Positions 48,965 through 57,807 are shown, counted from the stretch's first letter. The stretch is 64,000 nt of DNA from an uncultured Gammaproteobacteria bacterium (GCA_964406795.1 CAYOTA010000003.1:49252-113251); one strand, 5' to 3'. Translations and numbers: made by a program. Notes: a model not told the origin generated them from the sequence alone.

Positions 48965-49042
48965 ATCCTCACTATAACAAATCTTGCATACCTCTTACAC
49001 ACTTATGTTTTGTTTCTAAAGTAAGAAATATATCATAAGTAT

Positions 49043-49249
49043 ATGAAAAGACAAAATTCGGTTAAGACAATTAAAGACCATGTGGCATTAGATGCGAAAA
49101 AGGGTAAACAAGGATTTGCATCCATGAGTAAAGATGCGCAGCGCGAGATTGCTGCAAGCGGAGGACGCGCTGCACATAAAAAAGGAACGGCGCATAAGTG
49201 GAATTCTCAAGAAGCAGCAGCTGCGGGAAAGAAAGGAGGTAGAAGCTAA
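49043..49249 (+). CDS. KGG-repeat general stress protein (YciG-like)
   Basis: 68 aa with GG(R/K) repeats GGRAAHKKG...GKKGGRS. Confidence 0.5.
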   Translation: MKRQNSVKTIKDHVALDAKKGKQGFASMSKDAQREIAASGGRAAHKKGTAHKWNSQEAAAAGKKGGRS

Positions 49250-49386
49250 TATGTTACAAGTAACAAAAAAACAAAATAAGTTTATAGTAAAGTCATCAAA
49301 TACAAGAAGAAAAGTAGATTTTATGCCAACAAATTTCTTATCAGTAATTAGAAGTTTTTGGAGCGTCGTTACCTATCAAATATAAT

Positions 49387-49665
49387 ATGGAATTACTCTT
49401 ATGGACATTTTTTGGAGTAATGGGCGGATGGATAGCTTCTGTCATCTATGAAAGTAAGGATACATATGGCTTCCAAAAAGATGTGCTGTTGGGGATTATT
49501 GGTGCAGTTGCCGCAGGTTTAGTCATTAATTCCTTAGGCTATAGAGGCATTACAAGTTATAATGCGTTTTCTGTACTTACTGCAAGTATTTTTATAATCT
49601 CTCTTATTGGAGCAAAAAGATTATTTGAAATACAGAATAAAGGAAAAGAGTTGTGGCAGAGTTAA
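49387..49665 (+). CDS. GlsB/YeaQ/YmgE family stress-response membrane protein
   Basis: 92 aa, GGWIASVI...GIIGAVAAGLV glycine-zipper TM helices. Confidence 0.65.
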   Translation: MELLLWTFFGVMGGWIASVIYESKDTYGFQKDVLLGIIGAVAAGLVINSLGYRGITSYNAFSVLTASIFIISLIGAKRLFEIQNKGKELWQS

Positions 49666-49788
49666 AATTAAAAGGTGGTGATAAAAATGGAGCATAAAAA
49701 AGGATATTTAAAATGGTTTGAGGATATACAGTCGGAGACTGATGAAAATTCAGGATACGAATATTCAGCCATCGAAAATAAATAAGTA

Positions 49789-50859
49789 TGTCTAGGTTGG
49801 GATACATGCAGAACGGTTGAGAGTTAATTGTCACACAGATATACTGACGTAACCATGCGTCACTACAACATTGTTCCTTGGAACCAACTGAAAGATTCAT
49901 TCATATCAACAGATGGTTTGAAAAGACTTTCTTGGATGGACTGGTACTATGCTCACGGCAAGAATGCAGAAGCAACCTGCAGGCACCTTGGTTTGTCAAG
50001 ACCGTGTTCTACCGGTGGCTCAATGGATTTGACAAGAAATCTTCTAAGCCTTGAATTTGACACAAAAACCAAAAGACCTACAAGCGTCAGAGCTCCTCAG
50101 ATTGACACTGCAATATCTCAAAGAATCTGTGACATTCGAAAAGAAGATCTTGAGAAATCCAAGTACGAAATACAGGAAGAGTTAAAACGAGAAGGAATAC
50201 ATATTGGCCAATCTGCTATTCAACGTGCTATTAATTCCCACAAAGAACTACAAAATCTCCAGCACAGACGGAAGATGAGGAGGTACAGAAACTACAAAAT
50301 TACCAGAATCAAGGCTGCAGTTGAGCTCAGAGAGAAAAGCTTGGGTTCGTTAGTCCAGGTTGACACCAAGTACTTCTACGTCTTGAATCACAAGTTCTAC
50401 ATCTTCTCAGCTATTGATTGCAAATCTCGATATGGGTTTCTCTACTGTTACCGATCTATCTTATCTCACTGCGCCAAAGACTTTATTAAAAGAGTCAGAG
50501 AGTACTTCCCCTTTGAAATCTTGGCTATTAACACTGACAATGGCTCAGAATATCTCCTTGAATTTCACCGTGAGATTGAATCTTGGGGTATCCCTCACTA
50601 TTTCACAAGTCCTCACTCCCCAAAACAAAACGGGAGAGTGGAAAGACTGCACCAGACAGCAGAGTATGAATACTTTAACTACCAAGAAGATCTCCTCGAC
50701 AATCTTTCAGCGATTAACCAACGCTGCACTGCTTTTAACACCACATACAACACAAAACGATTCCACCGTTCCCTTTCCTACAAAACACCTCTAGAAGTTG
50801 TGCTAAAATGCAAACAACAGAAAGGAGAACAACCGTTCTTTATCTAACCAACCAGGATA
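49789..50859 (+). mobile_element. IS481-family insertion sequence (about 1.07 kb) with about 31-bp imperfect terminal inverted repeats
   Basis: IRL TGTCTAGGTTGG...AGAACGGTTG at 49789-49819, IRR CAACCGTTCT...CCAACCAGGATA at 50830-50859; encloses DDE transposase; no clear target-site duplication seen. Confidence 0.6.
49828..50847 (+). CDS. IS481-family DDE transposase (HTH + rve integrase core)
   Basis: N-terminal HTH (AEATCRHLGLSR), DDE core with ...TDNGSEY... and SPKQNGRVERLHQT; TTG track start, ATG at about 49855. Confidence 0.75.
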   Translation: MSHRYTDVTMRHYNIVPWNQLKDSFISTDGLKRLSWMDWYYAHGKNAEATCRHLGLSRPCSTGGSMDLTRNLLSLEFDTKTKRPTSVRAPQIDTAISQRICDIRKEDLEKSKYEIQEELKREGIHIGQSAIQRAINSHKELQNLQHRRKMRRYRNYKITRIKAAVELREKSLGSLVQVDTKYFYVLNHKFYIFSAIDCKSRYGFLYCYRSILSHCAKDFIKRVREYFPFEILAINTDNGSEYLLEFHREIESWGIPHYFTSPHSPKQNGRVERLHQTAEYEYFNYQEDLLDNLSAINQRCTAFNTTYNTKRFHRSLSYKTPLEVVLKCKQQKGEQPFFI

Positions 50860-50885
50860 AAACCTTGACTTTGAAATAAAGTAAA

Positions 50886-50896
50886 TACACAATGTA
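50886..50896. promoter_or_regulatory. TACA-N3-TGTA dyad (BlaI/MecI/CopY-type operator) immediately upstream of blaI-like gene
   Basis: TACACAATGTA 8 nt upstream of ATG at 50904. Confidence 0.45.
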
Positions 50897-50903
50897 TATT
50901 TAG

Positions 50904-51293
50904 ATGAGAACTAAAAAAAATGTAGGTAAAGTGCTTGGAGAATTAGAGACCGATGTAATGGAAATTATTTGGAAAGCTGAAAATCCAGTCTCGGTTTTAG
51001 ATGTAGTGAAAGTTCTTGGTAAGAAACGAAAGAGTGCCTACACTACGGTCATGACAATTATGTGGAGGCTTGTTTATAAGGGTATATTAATACGTAAACT
51101 TCATGGGACAAGTTATCTTTATCAACCGAAAGTGAATCGGGAAAAATTTGTAGCAAGCTCAGTCCATGCTATCTTTACATCTGCTGTGTCAACTCTTGGA
51201 CAAGAAGTAGTTTTGCATTTTGCAAAAGAGATCCAGAAAATGAGTCCGGAAAAACGAAAAGATTTGCTTACTATGCTTAATACAGATAAATGA
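50904..51293 (+). CDS. blaI: BlaI/MecI/CopY family transcriptional repressor
   Basis: Winged-helix penicillinase-repressor pattern (METDVMEIIWK... TVMTIMWRLVYKG). Confidence 0.8.
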   Translation: MRTKKNVGKVLGELETDVMEIIWKAENPVSVLDVVKVLGKKRKSAYTTVMTIMWRLVYKGILIRKLHGTSYLYQPKVNREKFVASSVHAIFTSAVSTLGQEVVLHFAKEIQKMSPEKRKDLLTMLNTDK

Positions 51294-51296
51294 TGT

Positions 51297-52346
51297 ATGA
51301 GAATATATAAATTTAATGGAAGCTTTTTATCATTACTTCTTGTAACAGCAACTACAGCTTCACTTGTTATATTATTATTGGTAAAGTTTTTTCCATTCGT
51401 TTCAGTAAAAACATTGTATTTCTGCCAGCAATTTATCTCCAATACTCTTTATCAAATACCTCAGCTAGTTCAAAACACCTTTCTTATCGCAATAATCATT
51501 GCGCTTACTCTGGGAAGCTTGTCATTTCTTATTCAGATGGTAAAAACCAGACAATTAGTAAAATCACTCCTGAAAAATCGAGTTGCTCTTTCGCAAAGAG
51601 TGAAGAATTTGACGATTTCTCTCGGGCTTGAAGGTAAGGTTGATGTCCTTGAGGATGTTAATTGTTTTTCTTTATGTGTAGGAATTATTCATCCGCGCAT
51701 TTTAATTACAAACGCTCTTGTCACATCATTAACTGACAAAGAGCTTGAGTCAGTTTTTCTCCATGAAAAAGCGCATATCCGCAATTTTGATCCTTTTAAA
51801 ATACTATTTGGGAAAACGATAAGTTGGTTATTTTTCTTTTTACCAATATTCTCTGAAATCAATAAGAATATGCAAGCAACGAATGAAATTTTAGCTGATC
51901 AATTTGTAACGTCTTTTCAACAGGATGACATGTACTTACGCAGTGCGTTGAAGAAAATTATCATGTCTCCGCAAAAGAGCTTTTCGATAGTGCCAGCTAT
52001 AGCAAATCCGGACTATTTAGAAATACGTATTTACCGACTTATTAATCCGACAGTAAGCCAAAAATTTCATATATCATGGATAAGTATTGGTACAAGTATA
52101 CTATTTTTCTTATTTATGATGATTCTTCTGCAGGTCCCCGTGAGCGCTTTTTATATGGAAAGCTCAAAAGAAGAATCATACATTGCATGTTCTTCTGATA
52201 AATCTTGTAGCCAGGAGTGTCAGCTTACAGTTCAAGCATCAAGCGTCTCAACCCCAGAGCAATTATTTTCTCCTATTCAACAAGAAAGGAAAAATTCTAG
52301 CTCTCCTCTTCAATCTTCAAAATCTCAATCATTGAGATATAAATAA
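51297..52346 (+). CDS. blaR1: BlaR1/MecR1-like M56 metalloprotease signal transducer lacking penicillin-binding sensor; Cys/Ser-rich C-terminal tail
   Basis: Four TM helices, HEKAHI zinc motif, C-terminal ...ACSSDKSCSQECQ... instead of a PBP domain. Confidence 0.7.
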   Translation: MRIYKFNGSFLSLLLVTATTASLVILLLVKFFPFVSVKTLYFCQQFISNTLYQIPQLVQNTFLIAIIIALTLGSLSFLIQMVKTRQLVKSLLKNRVALSQRVKNLTISLGLEGKVDVLEDVNCFSLCVGIIHPRILITNALVTSLTDKELESVFLHEKAHIRNFDPFKILFGKTISWLFFFLPIFSEINKNMQATNEILADQFVTSFQQDDMYLRSALKKIIMSPQKSFSIVPAIANPDYLEIRIYRLINPTVSQKFHISWISIGTSILFFLFMMILLQVPVSAFYMESSKEESYIACSSDKSCSQECQLTVQASSVSTPEQLFSPIQQERKNSSSPLQSSKSQSLRYK

Positions 52347-52355
52347 AACCACTCC

Positions 52356-52393
52356 TTGACAAAACAGGGACTTTATTACTACAATTTGTAGTA
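52356..52393 (+). promoter_or_regulatory. Promoter (TTGACA -35) overlapped by 17-bp palindrome TACTACAA-T-TTGTAGTA (TACA-N3-TGTA operator)
   Basis: -35 at 52356-61; perfect 8-bp inverted arms at 52377-52393 covering the -10 region; 13 nt before ORF 52407 and RBS GGAGGTG. Confidence 0.5.
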
Positions 52394-52424
52394 GAAAATA
52401 TTTTACATGAAAGGAGGTGTCAAT

Positions 52425-52709
52425 ATGGCAGAACAAAAAGAAGCAACAACAGCGGCAATTCATACAATTCCAAAACAACGGGTAGATAACACAATTACCT
52501 TTCGTGTTCCAAGGCCAAATATGCAAGTCGCAGTATTAGGAATTGTTGCCTTTATCACTTTATTTCAAACAGTGCAACTATTAAGAATTAGCGGCAGTAC
52601 AGAAACTGCATCGGTGAGAGCAGTAGCAGCAACTACTAGTACAGGGGCGAGCGGCACAGGAAGTGGATCAGACGCTAGCACACCGCAATCAATGGTAGGC
52701 GGTTGCTAA
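52425..52709 (+). CDS. Small single-TM protein with Ala/Thr/Ser/Gly-rich region and C-terminal GGC
   Basis: ATG at 52425 preceded by AAGGAGGTG; TM VAVLGIVAFITLF; ends ...QSMVGGC; first gene after operator. Confidence 0.4.
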   Translation: MAEQKEATTAAIHTIPKQRVDNTITFRVPRPNMQVAVLGIVAFITLFQTVQLLRISGSTETASVRAVAATTSTGASGTGSGSDASTPQSMVGGC

Positions 52710-52736
52710 AATTGCTATTTTACTGTCTTAGAATTT

Positions 52737-53978
52737 ATGAGAAAGAAAACAACAGCACCTGTTGGTGATGTAATAATTGATGAAGCTGAAAAGAAGCAAA
52801 ATATTTCTATTGAGAAGTCCAGAGTAGTTAATTTTCCTTGGCCAAAGATATTTCTAGGAGTAGCGCTTATCGCAACAGTTGCGGGTGCACTTTTTGCCAC
52901 GAAGACACTCTCCGGAATTGATAAGAATATTGCAAATGCAAAAGAGGATGCACGGGCGGCAGATATAAAACTGATAAAAATTACAACTCCTAGTTGTGTT
53001 GACTGTTTTAACATTGATACTGCTGTCTCAACACTTAAAAAACAAAATGTATCTGTGGGGGATGAAAAAGCAGTAAACTCAGATTCTAAAGAAGGAAAAA
53101 TGCTCATTAAGCAGTTTGGGATTAAGCGACTGCCGACATATGTTGTAACCGGCGAGATATCAAAAAAGACACTAGAAAGTTTTGTTAAAAATAATGGTGA
53201 GATAAAAAGTAGAACATTTGTATTTAATAAAGTTACACCTGTTTTTGTTGATGCAACGACAAAGAAAGAAATGGGAAAAGTAACGGCAACAATTCTTATT
53301 GATCCAACATGTATCCAATGTGTTGATCCAAAACTAACAGTTGAGGCATTTAAAAAAGCAGGAGTAAAAATTATAGAGGAAAAAGAAGTTATATGGGATT
53401 CTGCAGAAGGACAAGCGCTTATTAGTCAGTATAATGTTACCCAACTTCCTACATTTCTTCTTTCAGAAGATATTGATCTTTACGATGATGTGAAAACAAA
53501 CTGGACACGAATTGGGACAGTTGAAACCGACAAAACTTACGTTGCTCGTAACTTACTGCTGCCCTACCGAGATCTCAAAAGAGGACAAATAGTTGGTCTT
53601 GTCGATCTTATCTACTTAACTGATACAACGTGTAGCGAATGTTATGATTCACAACAAGTGCAGCGGCCTATCTTAACGCAAAGTTTTGGTATAGGAATTT
53701 CTTCCGAGCGCACTGTTGACGTAAACTCTTCTGTTGGACAAGAATTAGTTAATCAATATAAGATTGTAAAAGTTCCTACAGTTCTATTATCATCTGATGC
53801 TGGTCAATATCCGGGGTTAAAAAACGTTTGGTCTAGTGTGGGAACGATTGAATCTGATGGTTGGTATGTCTTTCGAGAAATGGCTCAGATTGGCAATGTT
53901 ATCTACAAAGATTTAGCAAGCAATCAAGTAATTCGCCCAGCACAGCAAGCAGTAACTGGAAATCCAGCAAATCAATAA
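52737..53978 (+). CDS. Membrane-anchored protein with three tandem thioredoxin-fold domains (CVDC, CIQC, CSEC)
   Basis: N-terminal TM helix then three repeats each with CxxC and a cis-Pro-like (L/V)PT segment. Confidence 0.55.
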   Translation: MRKKTTAPVGDVIIDEAEKKQNISIEKSRVVNFPWPKIFLGVALIATVAGALFATKTLSGIDKNIANAKEDARAADIKLIKITTPSCVDCFNIDTAVSTLKKQNVSVGDEKAVNSDSKEGKMLIKQFGIKRLPTYVVTGEISKKTLESFVKNNGEIKSRTFVFNKVTPVFVDATTKKEMGKVTATILIDPTCIQCVDPKLTVEAFKKAGVKIIEEKEVIWDSAEGQALISQYNVTQLPTFLLSEDIDLYDDVKTNWTRIGTVETDKTYVARNLLLPYRDLKRGQIVGLVDLIYLTDTTCSECYDSQQVQRPILTQSFGIGISSERTVDVNSSVGQELVNQYKIVKVPTVLLSSDAGQYPGLKNVWSSVGTIESDGWYVFREMAQIGNVIYKDLASNQVIRPAQQAVTGNPANQ

Positions 53979-53979
53979 T

Positions 53980-55266
53980 ATGGAAAAACTATTTGCATCA
54001 TTTAAGATCATTTTTAAAGAACCTAGCTATATAAAAATTGCTGCATTTACGTCACTTGTTGTTACGTATATATCATATTGGTTATTTAGCCAGACCACGA
54101 CAGCTTCCTCTTTTATTAATAGTATGCAGAGTGGAGACTTTGGCAAGTATAGTTTTGCTTATGGTATTACATATATTATTACAACTATTTTTATTATCCT
54201 CTTATCAGGGGTGAGTATTGCTACGACAGTATGGTTATTTCGACATTCAAAACTGGGGTTGCAAAAAGCGGCAGGTGGGAATGTTGGTGGTCTTATTAGT
54301 GCAGCATTTGCGATGGGCTGCCCTGTTTGCGGAGGATTCTTATTATCTTTTCTTGGCATTGCAGGTGGTCTTACTATTTTCCCTTTTCAAGGTTTAGAGT
54401 TAAAACTTTTAAGCTTGGTACTTCTTGGTATATCTGCTTGGTACGGTTTATCTAAGGTCAACAAAAAAGACTGTGAAGACTGTATGGATATTCGTAACCA
54501 CACTGTATTAAAAAGTCAAGGTATCAAAATTGGAGGAAAACGACTAATTGTTTTACCTCTTGATAAAGCAATTGTGACTATTATTACGCTTTTATTTGTC
54601 ATAAATCAGCTTTTTATTAGTCAAATTGCTATGGCAATGGGGATTGCTCCACAAGGGGGATCTTTGGCAAGCCTTTTAGGAATTCGTCAGGCTAATGCGT
54701 ATGCAATAATAGCACCTAAAATCAATCCTGATGGTAAGACGACTGTTCTGGTTGAACAGCCAACAATTTCAGAGGTATTGGCAAATCCGAATACTGGAAA
54801 TGTTTTAGAGGATGCGAAAGTTGTTATGATGGCAACGGGAAAGCCATTTTATGCTCCTGAAGATATTTCTTTTGATGACCCTATTAATGCGCAAAATAAA
54901 TGGGGTGCATATGAAAGCAGTATCCAGCTATCAAGTGCATTACAAGCCAGATTTGATACTATGATTAATACAATGATGGTATGCAGTTACTGTTGTGGAT
55001 CTCCTAGCAATGTTACTCTCATTGGTAATTGTGGTTGTGCACATGCAAGGGCGGTAAGAGGATTTTATAAATATATGCTGCAAACGTATGGTGATAAATA
55101 TACAAATGAACAGTTAGTAGGAGAATCACACCGCTGGTATGGTATCTGGTATCCAAAAGGTATGCTTGAAGATTATTTACTTGCAACTGGCAAAGGAAGC
55201 GCGCTGCCTCATGAGACACATGGAGGAGCGGGGGTCGATGGTATGCATGGACTCACTACACAGTAG
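53980..55266 (+). CDS. Cys-rich polytopic membrane protein with His/Met-rich C-terminus (putative metal/redox membrane protein)
   Basis: GCPVCGG in TM region, KDCEDC, CSYCCGSPSN...GNCGC, C-terminal HETHGGAGVDGMHG. Confidence 0.4.
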   Translation: MEKLFASFKIIFKEPSYIKIAAFTSLVVTYISYWLFSQTTTASSFINSMQSGDFGKYSFAYGITYIITTIFIILLSGVSIATTVWLFRHSKLGLQKAAGGNVGGLISAAFAMGCPVCGGFLLSFLGIAGGLTIFPFQGLELKLLSLVLLGISAWYGLSKVNKKDCEDCMDIRNHTVLKSQGIKIGGKRLIVLPLDKAIVTIITLLFVINQLFISQIAMAMGIAPQGGSLASLLGIRQANAYAIIAPKINPDGKTTVLVEQPTISEVLANPNTGNVLEDAKVVMMATGKPFYAPEDISFDDPINAQNKWGAYESSIQLSSALQARFDTMINTMMVCSYCCGSPSNVTLIGNCGCAHARAVRGFYKYMLQTYGDKYTNEQLVGESHRWYGIWYPKGMLEDYLLATGKGSALPHETHGGAGVDGMHGLTTQ

Positions 55267-55274
55267 AATTATTT

Positions 55275-55688
55275 ATGAAAAAGAGTATTATTTTTTGGGT
55301 AATTATTGCACTTCTTATTCTTTTAGGAATTTTTGGTCGCGGCATTTTTAATCCGCAACCAAAAAACATACCTCAATTGGGGACTGAAACTCCTGCTCAA
55401 AATTCATCATCTTCTATGGCAGGAACTATAACGGTCAAAGGATTCAATAGTGGATTTTCTCCAAAAACTATTACAGTTAAACAGGGAGATATGGTAATGC
55501 TCAATCTCGTTAGTGATGATTCACCCCACACATTTACTATTGATGAGCTGAATATAAATCAACAGTTTACCTATGGTAAAGATGCATCTGTCATGTTTAC
55601 TGCAAGCAAGAAAGGAACATTTCAGTTTTATTGTGTTGTGCCGGGTCATAAAGAAGCAGGAATGGTCGGATCGCTAATCATTGAATAA
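55275..55688 (+). CDS. Cupredoxin-like (type-1 copper) domain protein, membrane-anchored
   Basis: SPHTF His plus FYCVVPGHKEAGM (C-x4-H-x4-M) ligand spacing as in azurin-type blue copper proteins. Confidence 0.5.
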   Translation: MKKSIIFWVIIALLILLGIFGRGIFNPQPKNIPQLGTETPAQNSSSSMAGTITVKGFNSGFSPKTITVKQGDMVMLNLVSDDSPHTFTIDELNINQQFTYGKDASVMFTASKKGTFQFYCVVPGHKEAGMVGSLIIE

Positions 55689-56133
55689 GCTTACACCAAT
55701 AATGACTGAATTCATCCGTGATATAAAAACAAGAATCGGTTTTACGATTAGCTCTTTTTTGTCTGCGTTGGGAGCTGGAGGGGGTGCGACTTCGGCTGTC
55801 TGTCAGACAACATGCTCTACCGGAAGCGCATTGCCATTTTTTTTAGGCTTAACTCTTTCAGCAACACCATTTGCCTTTATAGAGGATTATCAAATCCCGC
55901 TATGGTGGCTCTCTTTTGCAGTGTTTGGAATATTGACATTTCTTTTTATGAAAAAAATACTTTATTCAAAGACTGACAGGGCATTGTTGTTTCTTAACTT
56001 TGGATTTTTACTCATTGGTTTTCCTTATTTTCGTGATACACTTACTATGCTTCCTTGGATTGGATTGTTTGTTTCTATTATGGCGTTATATTTACTACTT
56101 TTAGCAAAACGTATAATTATTCAATGGACATAA
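55681..56133 (+). CDS. Small polytopic membrane protein with CxxxC (CQTTC)
   Basis: 150 aa, overlaps cupredoxin gene by 8 nt. Confidence 0.35.
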   Translation: MNKLTPIMTEFIRDIKTRIGFTISSFLSALGAGGGATSAVCQTTCSTGSALPFFLGLTLSATPFAFIEDYQIPLWWLSFAVFGILTFLFMKKILYSKTDRALLFLNFGFLLIGFPYFRDTLTMLPWIGLFVSIMALYLLLLAKRIIIQWT

Positions 56134-56134
56134 A

Positions 56135-56284
56135 ATGAAAAAAACAGAAAGTTCAGGTGTAAAAGAGGCAGGATGGGAATTTACTGTTCCAGGCTATGTT
56201 GCCAGCCCAGTTACCTGGCTGATACTTCTCCTAGCAGGAGTTGCTCTTTTACTATTATTTATTCTGATAAATAAAGTTTTATAA
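56135..56284 (+). CDS. Small C-terminally TM-anchored protein, 49 aa
   Basis: ATG 1 nt after previous stop (coupling); below ORF-track cut-off; followed by AGGAGGAG RBS of next gene. Confidence 0.3.
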   Translation: MKKTESSGVKEAGWEFTVPGYVASPVTWLILLLAGVALLLLFILINKVL

Positions 56285-56332
56285 GCTAGCAATACTTAGT
56301 CCTCACATTACGCCAGGAGGAGAAAAAATGCA

Positions 56333-57244
56333 ATGAGAACACGAGCAAAAAATATTACTGTTAAAAATAGACAAAAAATATTATTCAGTGTAGGTATTTT
56401 GCTCCTATCTTTGGCATTTATACCTTTTGTCAGGGAGTATAGAGATTTTTTCCTCTTTGCTGGTATAATTTTTCTTCTTATTGGTGTTATTCAGCTGACT
56501 TTTCATCCAAAAGTTGTTTATAGAGACTTATCGGAAACAGGTAGTGGTTTTGAGGATGCCAAGCAAACTACTCAAGAGAACCCAGTATTAAAAATGCCGT
56601 TTTCCATGAAGCAAAGCCCAATGACCTTATTCCTATTCTTTCTTATAATTGGTGGATTTATTATCAATCAAGTGTTTATAATGCGATATAATAAAATTTC
56701 TGCATCAAAAAATGTTGAGAATACTACACCTGTACAGAGCGCAGTTAAAGTTCCGGTAGTTAGTGCCGCTGATGAGATTATTAAAACAGAATTACAACAA
56801 CAAGGAAAAGAAGTACCCGTTTTAGGTACTGCACATGATCATGCTGATTTAAATGTGTACATTAATGGACAAAGGCAGATACTTGCAAAACCTGAAAATT
56901 ATATGAAGAGCTCATTTATGCATATTGATAATAATCCAAATTTGGACGATGCCAATAGTGTTTTACACATGCATGCAAAGAGCGTACTATTATGGACATT
57001 CTTTACAAGTCTTGGCATGAACCTAACACAAGATAGCTTGACTCTAACCGATGGACAAATATTAAAAAACGAAAATGGAAATACATTAAAATTTTACCTT
57101 AATGGACAAAAAGTAGATGAGTTAGGCGATTATTCGTTCCAGCCACTTGATAAAATGCTCATAAGTTATGGCCCGGAAAACGATCCTAATGTGCAAGAGC
57201 AATTGAGAGTAATGACGAATTTTGCGAAAGATCACCAAAAATGA
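56333..57244 (+). CDS. Membrane-anchored extracytoplasmic protein with paired His motifs (HDH...HMH), paralog A
   Basis: Two N-terminal TM helices; TAHDHADLNVYINGQRQ ... HMHAK ... FYLNGQK pattern shared with next gene. Confidence 0.4.
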   Translation: MRTRAKNITVKNRQKILFSVGILLLSLAFIPFVREYRDFFLFAGIIFLLIGVIQLTFHPKVVYRDLSETGSGFEDAKQTTQENPVLKMPFSMKQSPMTLFLFFLIIGGFIINQVFIMRYNKISASKNVENTTPVQSAVKVPVVSAADEIIKTELQQQGKEVPVLGTAHDHADLNVYINGQRQILAKPENYMKSSFMHIDNNPNLDDANSVLHMHAKSVLLWTFFTSLGMNLTQDSLTLTDGQILKNENGNTLKFYLNGQKVDELGDYSFQPLDKMLISYGPENDPNVQEQLRVMTNFAKDHQK

Positions 57245-57792
57245 GTAAACACACCAAATATAATACGTTTATAGAGCAGCCACAACAAAAAAGGAGCTTT
57301 TTAAAAAATCCACTAGCGTTCCTAGAAGGATTGAATACGGAAGCAAAGGTTATTGGTGGGATTGGGTTATTAACCCTTGTAATTTTAGTGGGTGGCATTA
57401 CTCTTCTGTCATTACAGCAGGCAAAAGAGGCTTCTATTCCAGAAGGAGATGTGGTATCTCGCAGTGGTATACACTGGCATCCACAGGTTTCAATCTCTAT
57501 TAAAGGGAAGCAGCAACAGATTCCAGCTAACTTAGGTATTGGCGGTGTTCACCAACCAGTTCATACACATGATACGAGTGGTCAGCTCCATGTGGAAATA
57601 GGCGGTGTCGTTACAAGAGATAATATAAAACTTAATAATTTTTTCAAAATTTGGGGCAAGAAGCTTAGTTCTGAATGTGTTGTTGATGAATGTGGAGGCA
57701 AAACAATAATGCTTGTTAATGGGAAAGAAAATAAGGAATTTGGCAATTATTTGATGAAAGATAAAGATAATATAGAAATACGATATGAATAG
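57241..57792 (+). CDS. Membrane-anchored extracytoplasmic protein with paired His motifs (HWH...HTH), paralog B
   Basis: IHWHPQVSISIKGKQQQ ... HTHDTSGQLH ... IMLVNGKEN; 4-nt overlap with paralog A. Confidence 0.4.
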   Translation: MSKHTKYNTFIEQPQQKRSFLKNPLAFLEGLNTEAKVIGGIGLLTLVILVGGITLLSLQQAKEASIPEGDVVSRSGIHWHPQVSISIKGKQQQIPANLGIGGVHQPVHTHDTSGQLHVEIGGVVTRDNIKLNNFFKIWGKKLSSECVVDECGGKTIMLVNGKENKEFGNYLMKDKDNIEIRYE

Positions 57793-57807
57793 TATCATTC
57801 AAGCTTA

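Noticed and set aside
49134-49385. 83-aa ORF overlapping the KGG-repeat gene in another frame
   Set aside because: Out-of-frame overlap with a conserved-type small gene; Arg/Lys-rich artefact of the GC-richer coding sequence.
49687-49743. Apparent small ORF after the GlsB gene with a good AAGGTGGTGA RBS
   Set aside because: On careful reading it terminates after 18 codons (TGA), so it is too short to call.
50414-50794. 126-aa ORF inside the transposase gene
   Set aside because: Alternative frame of the IS481 transposase coding region.
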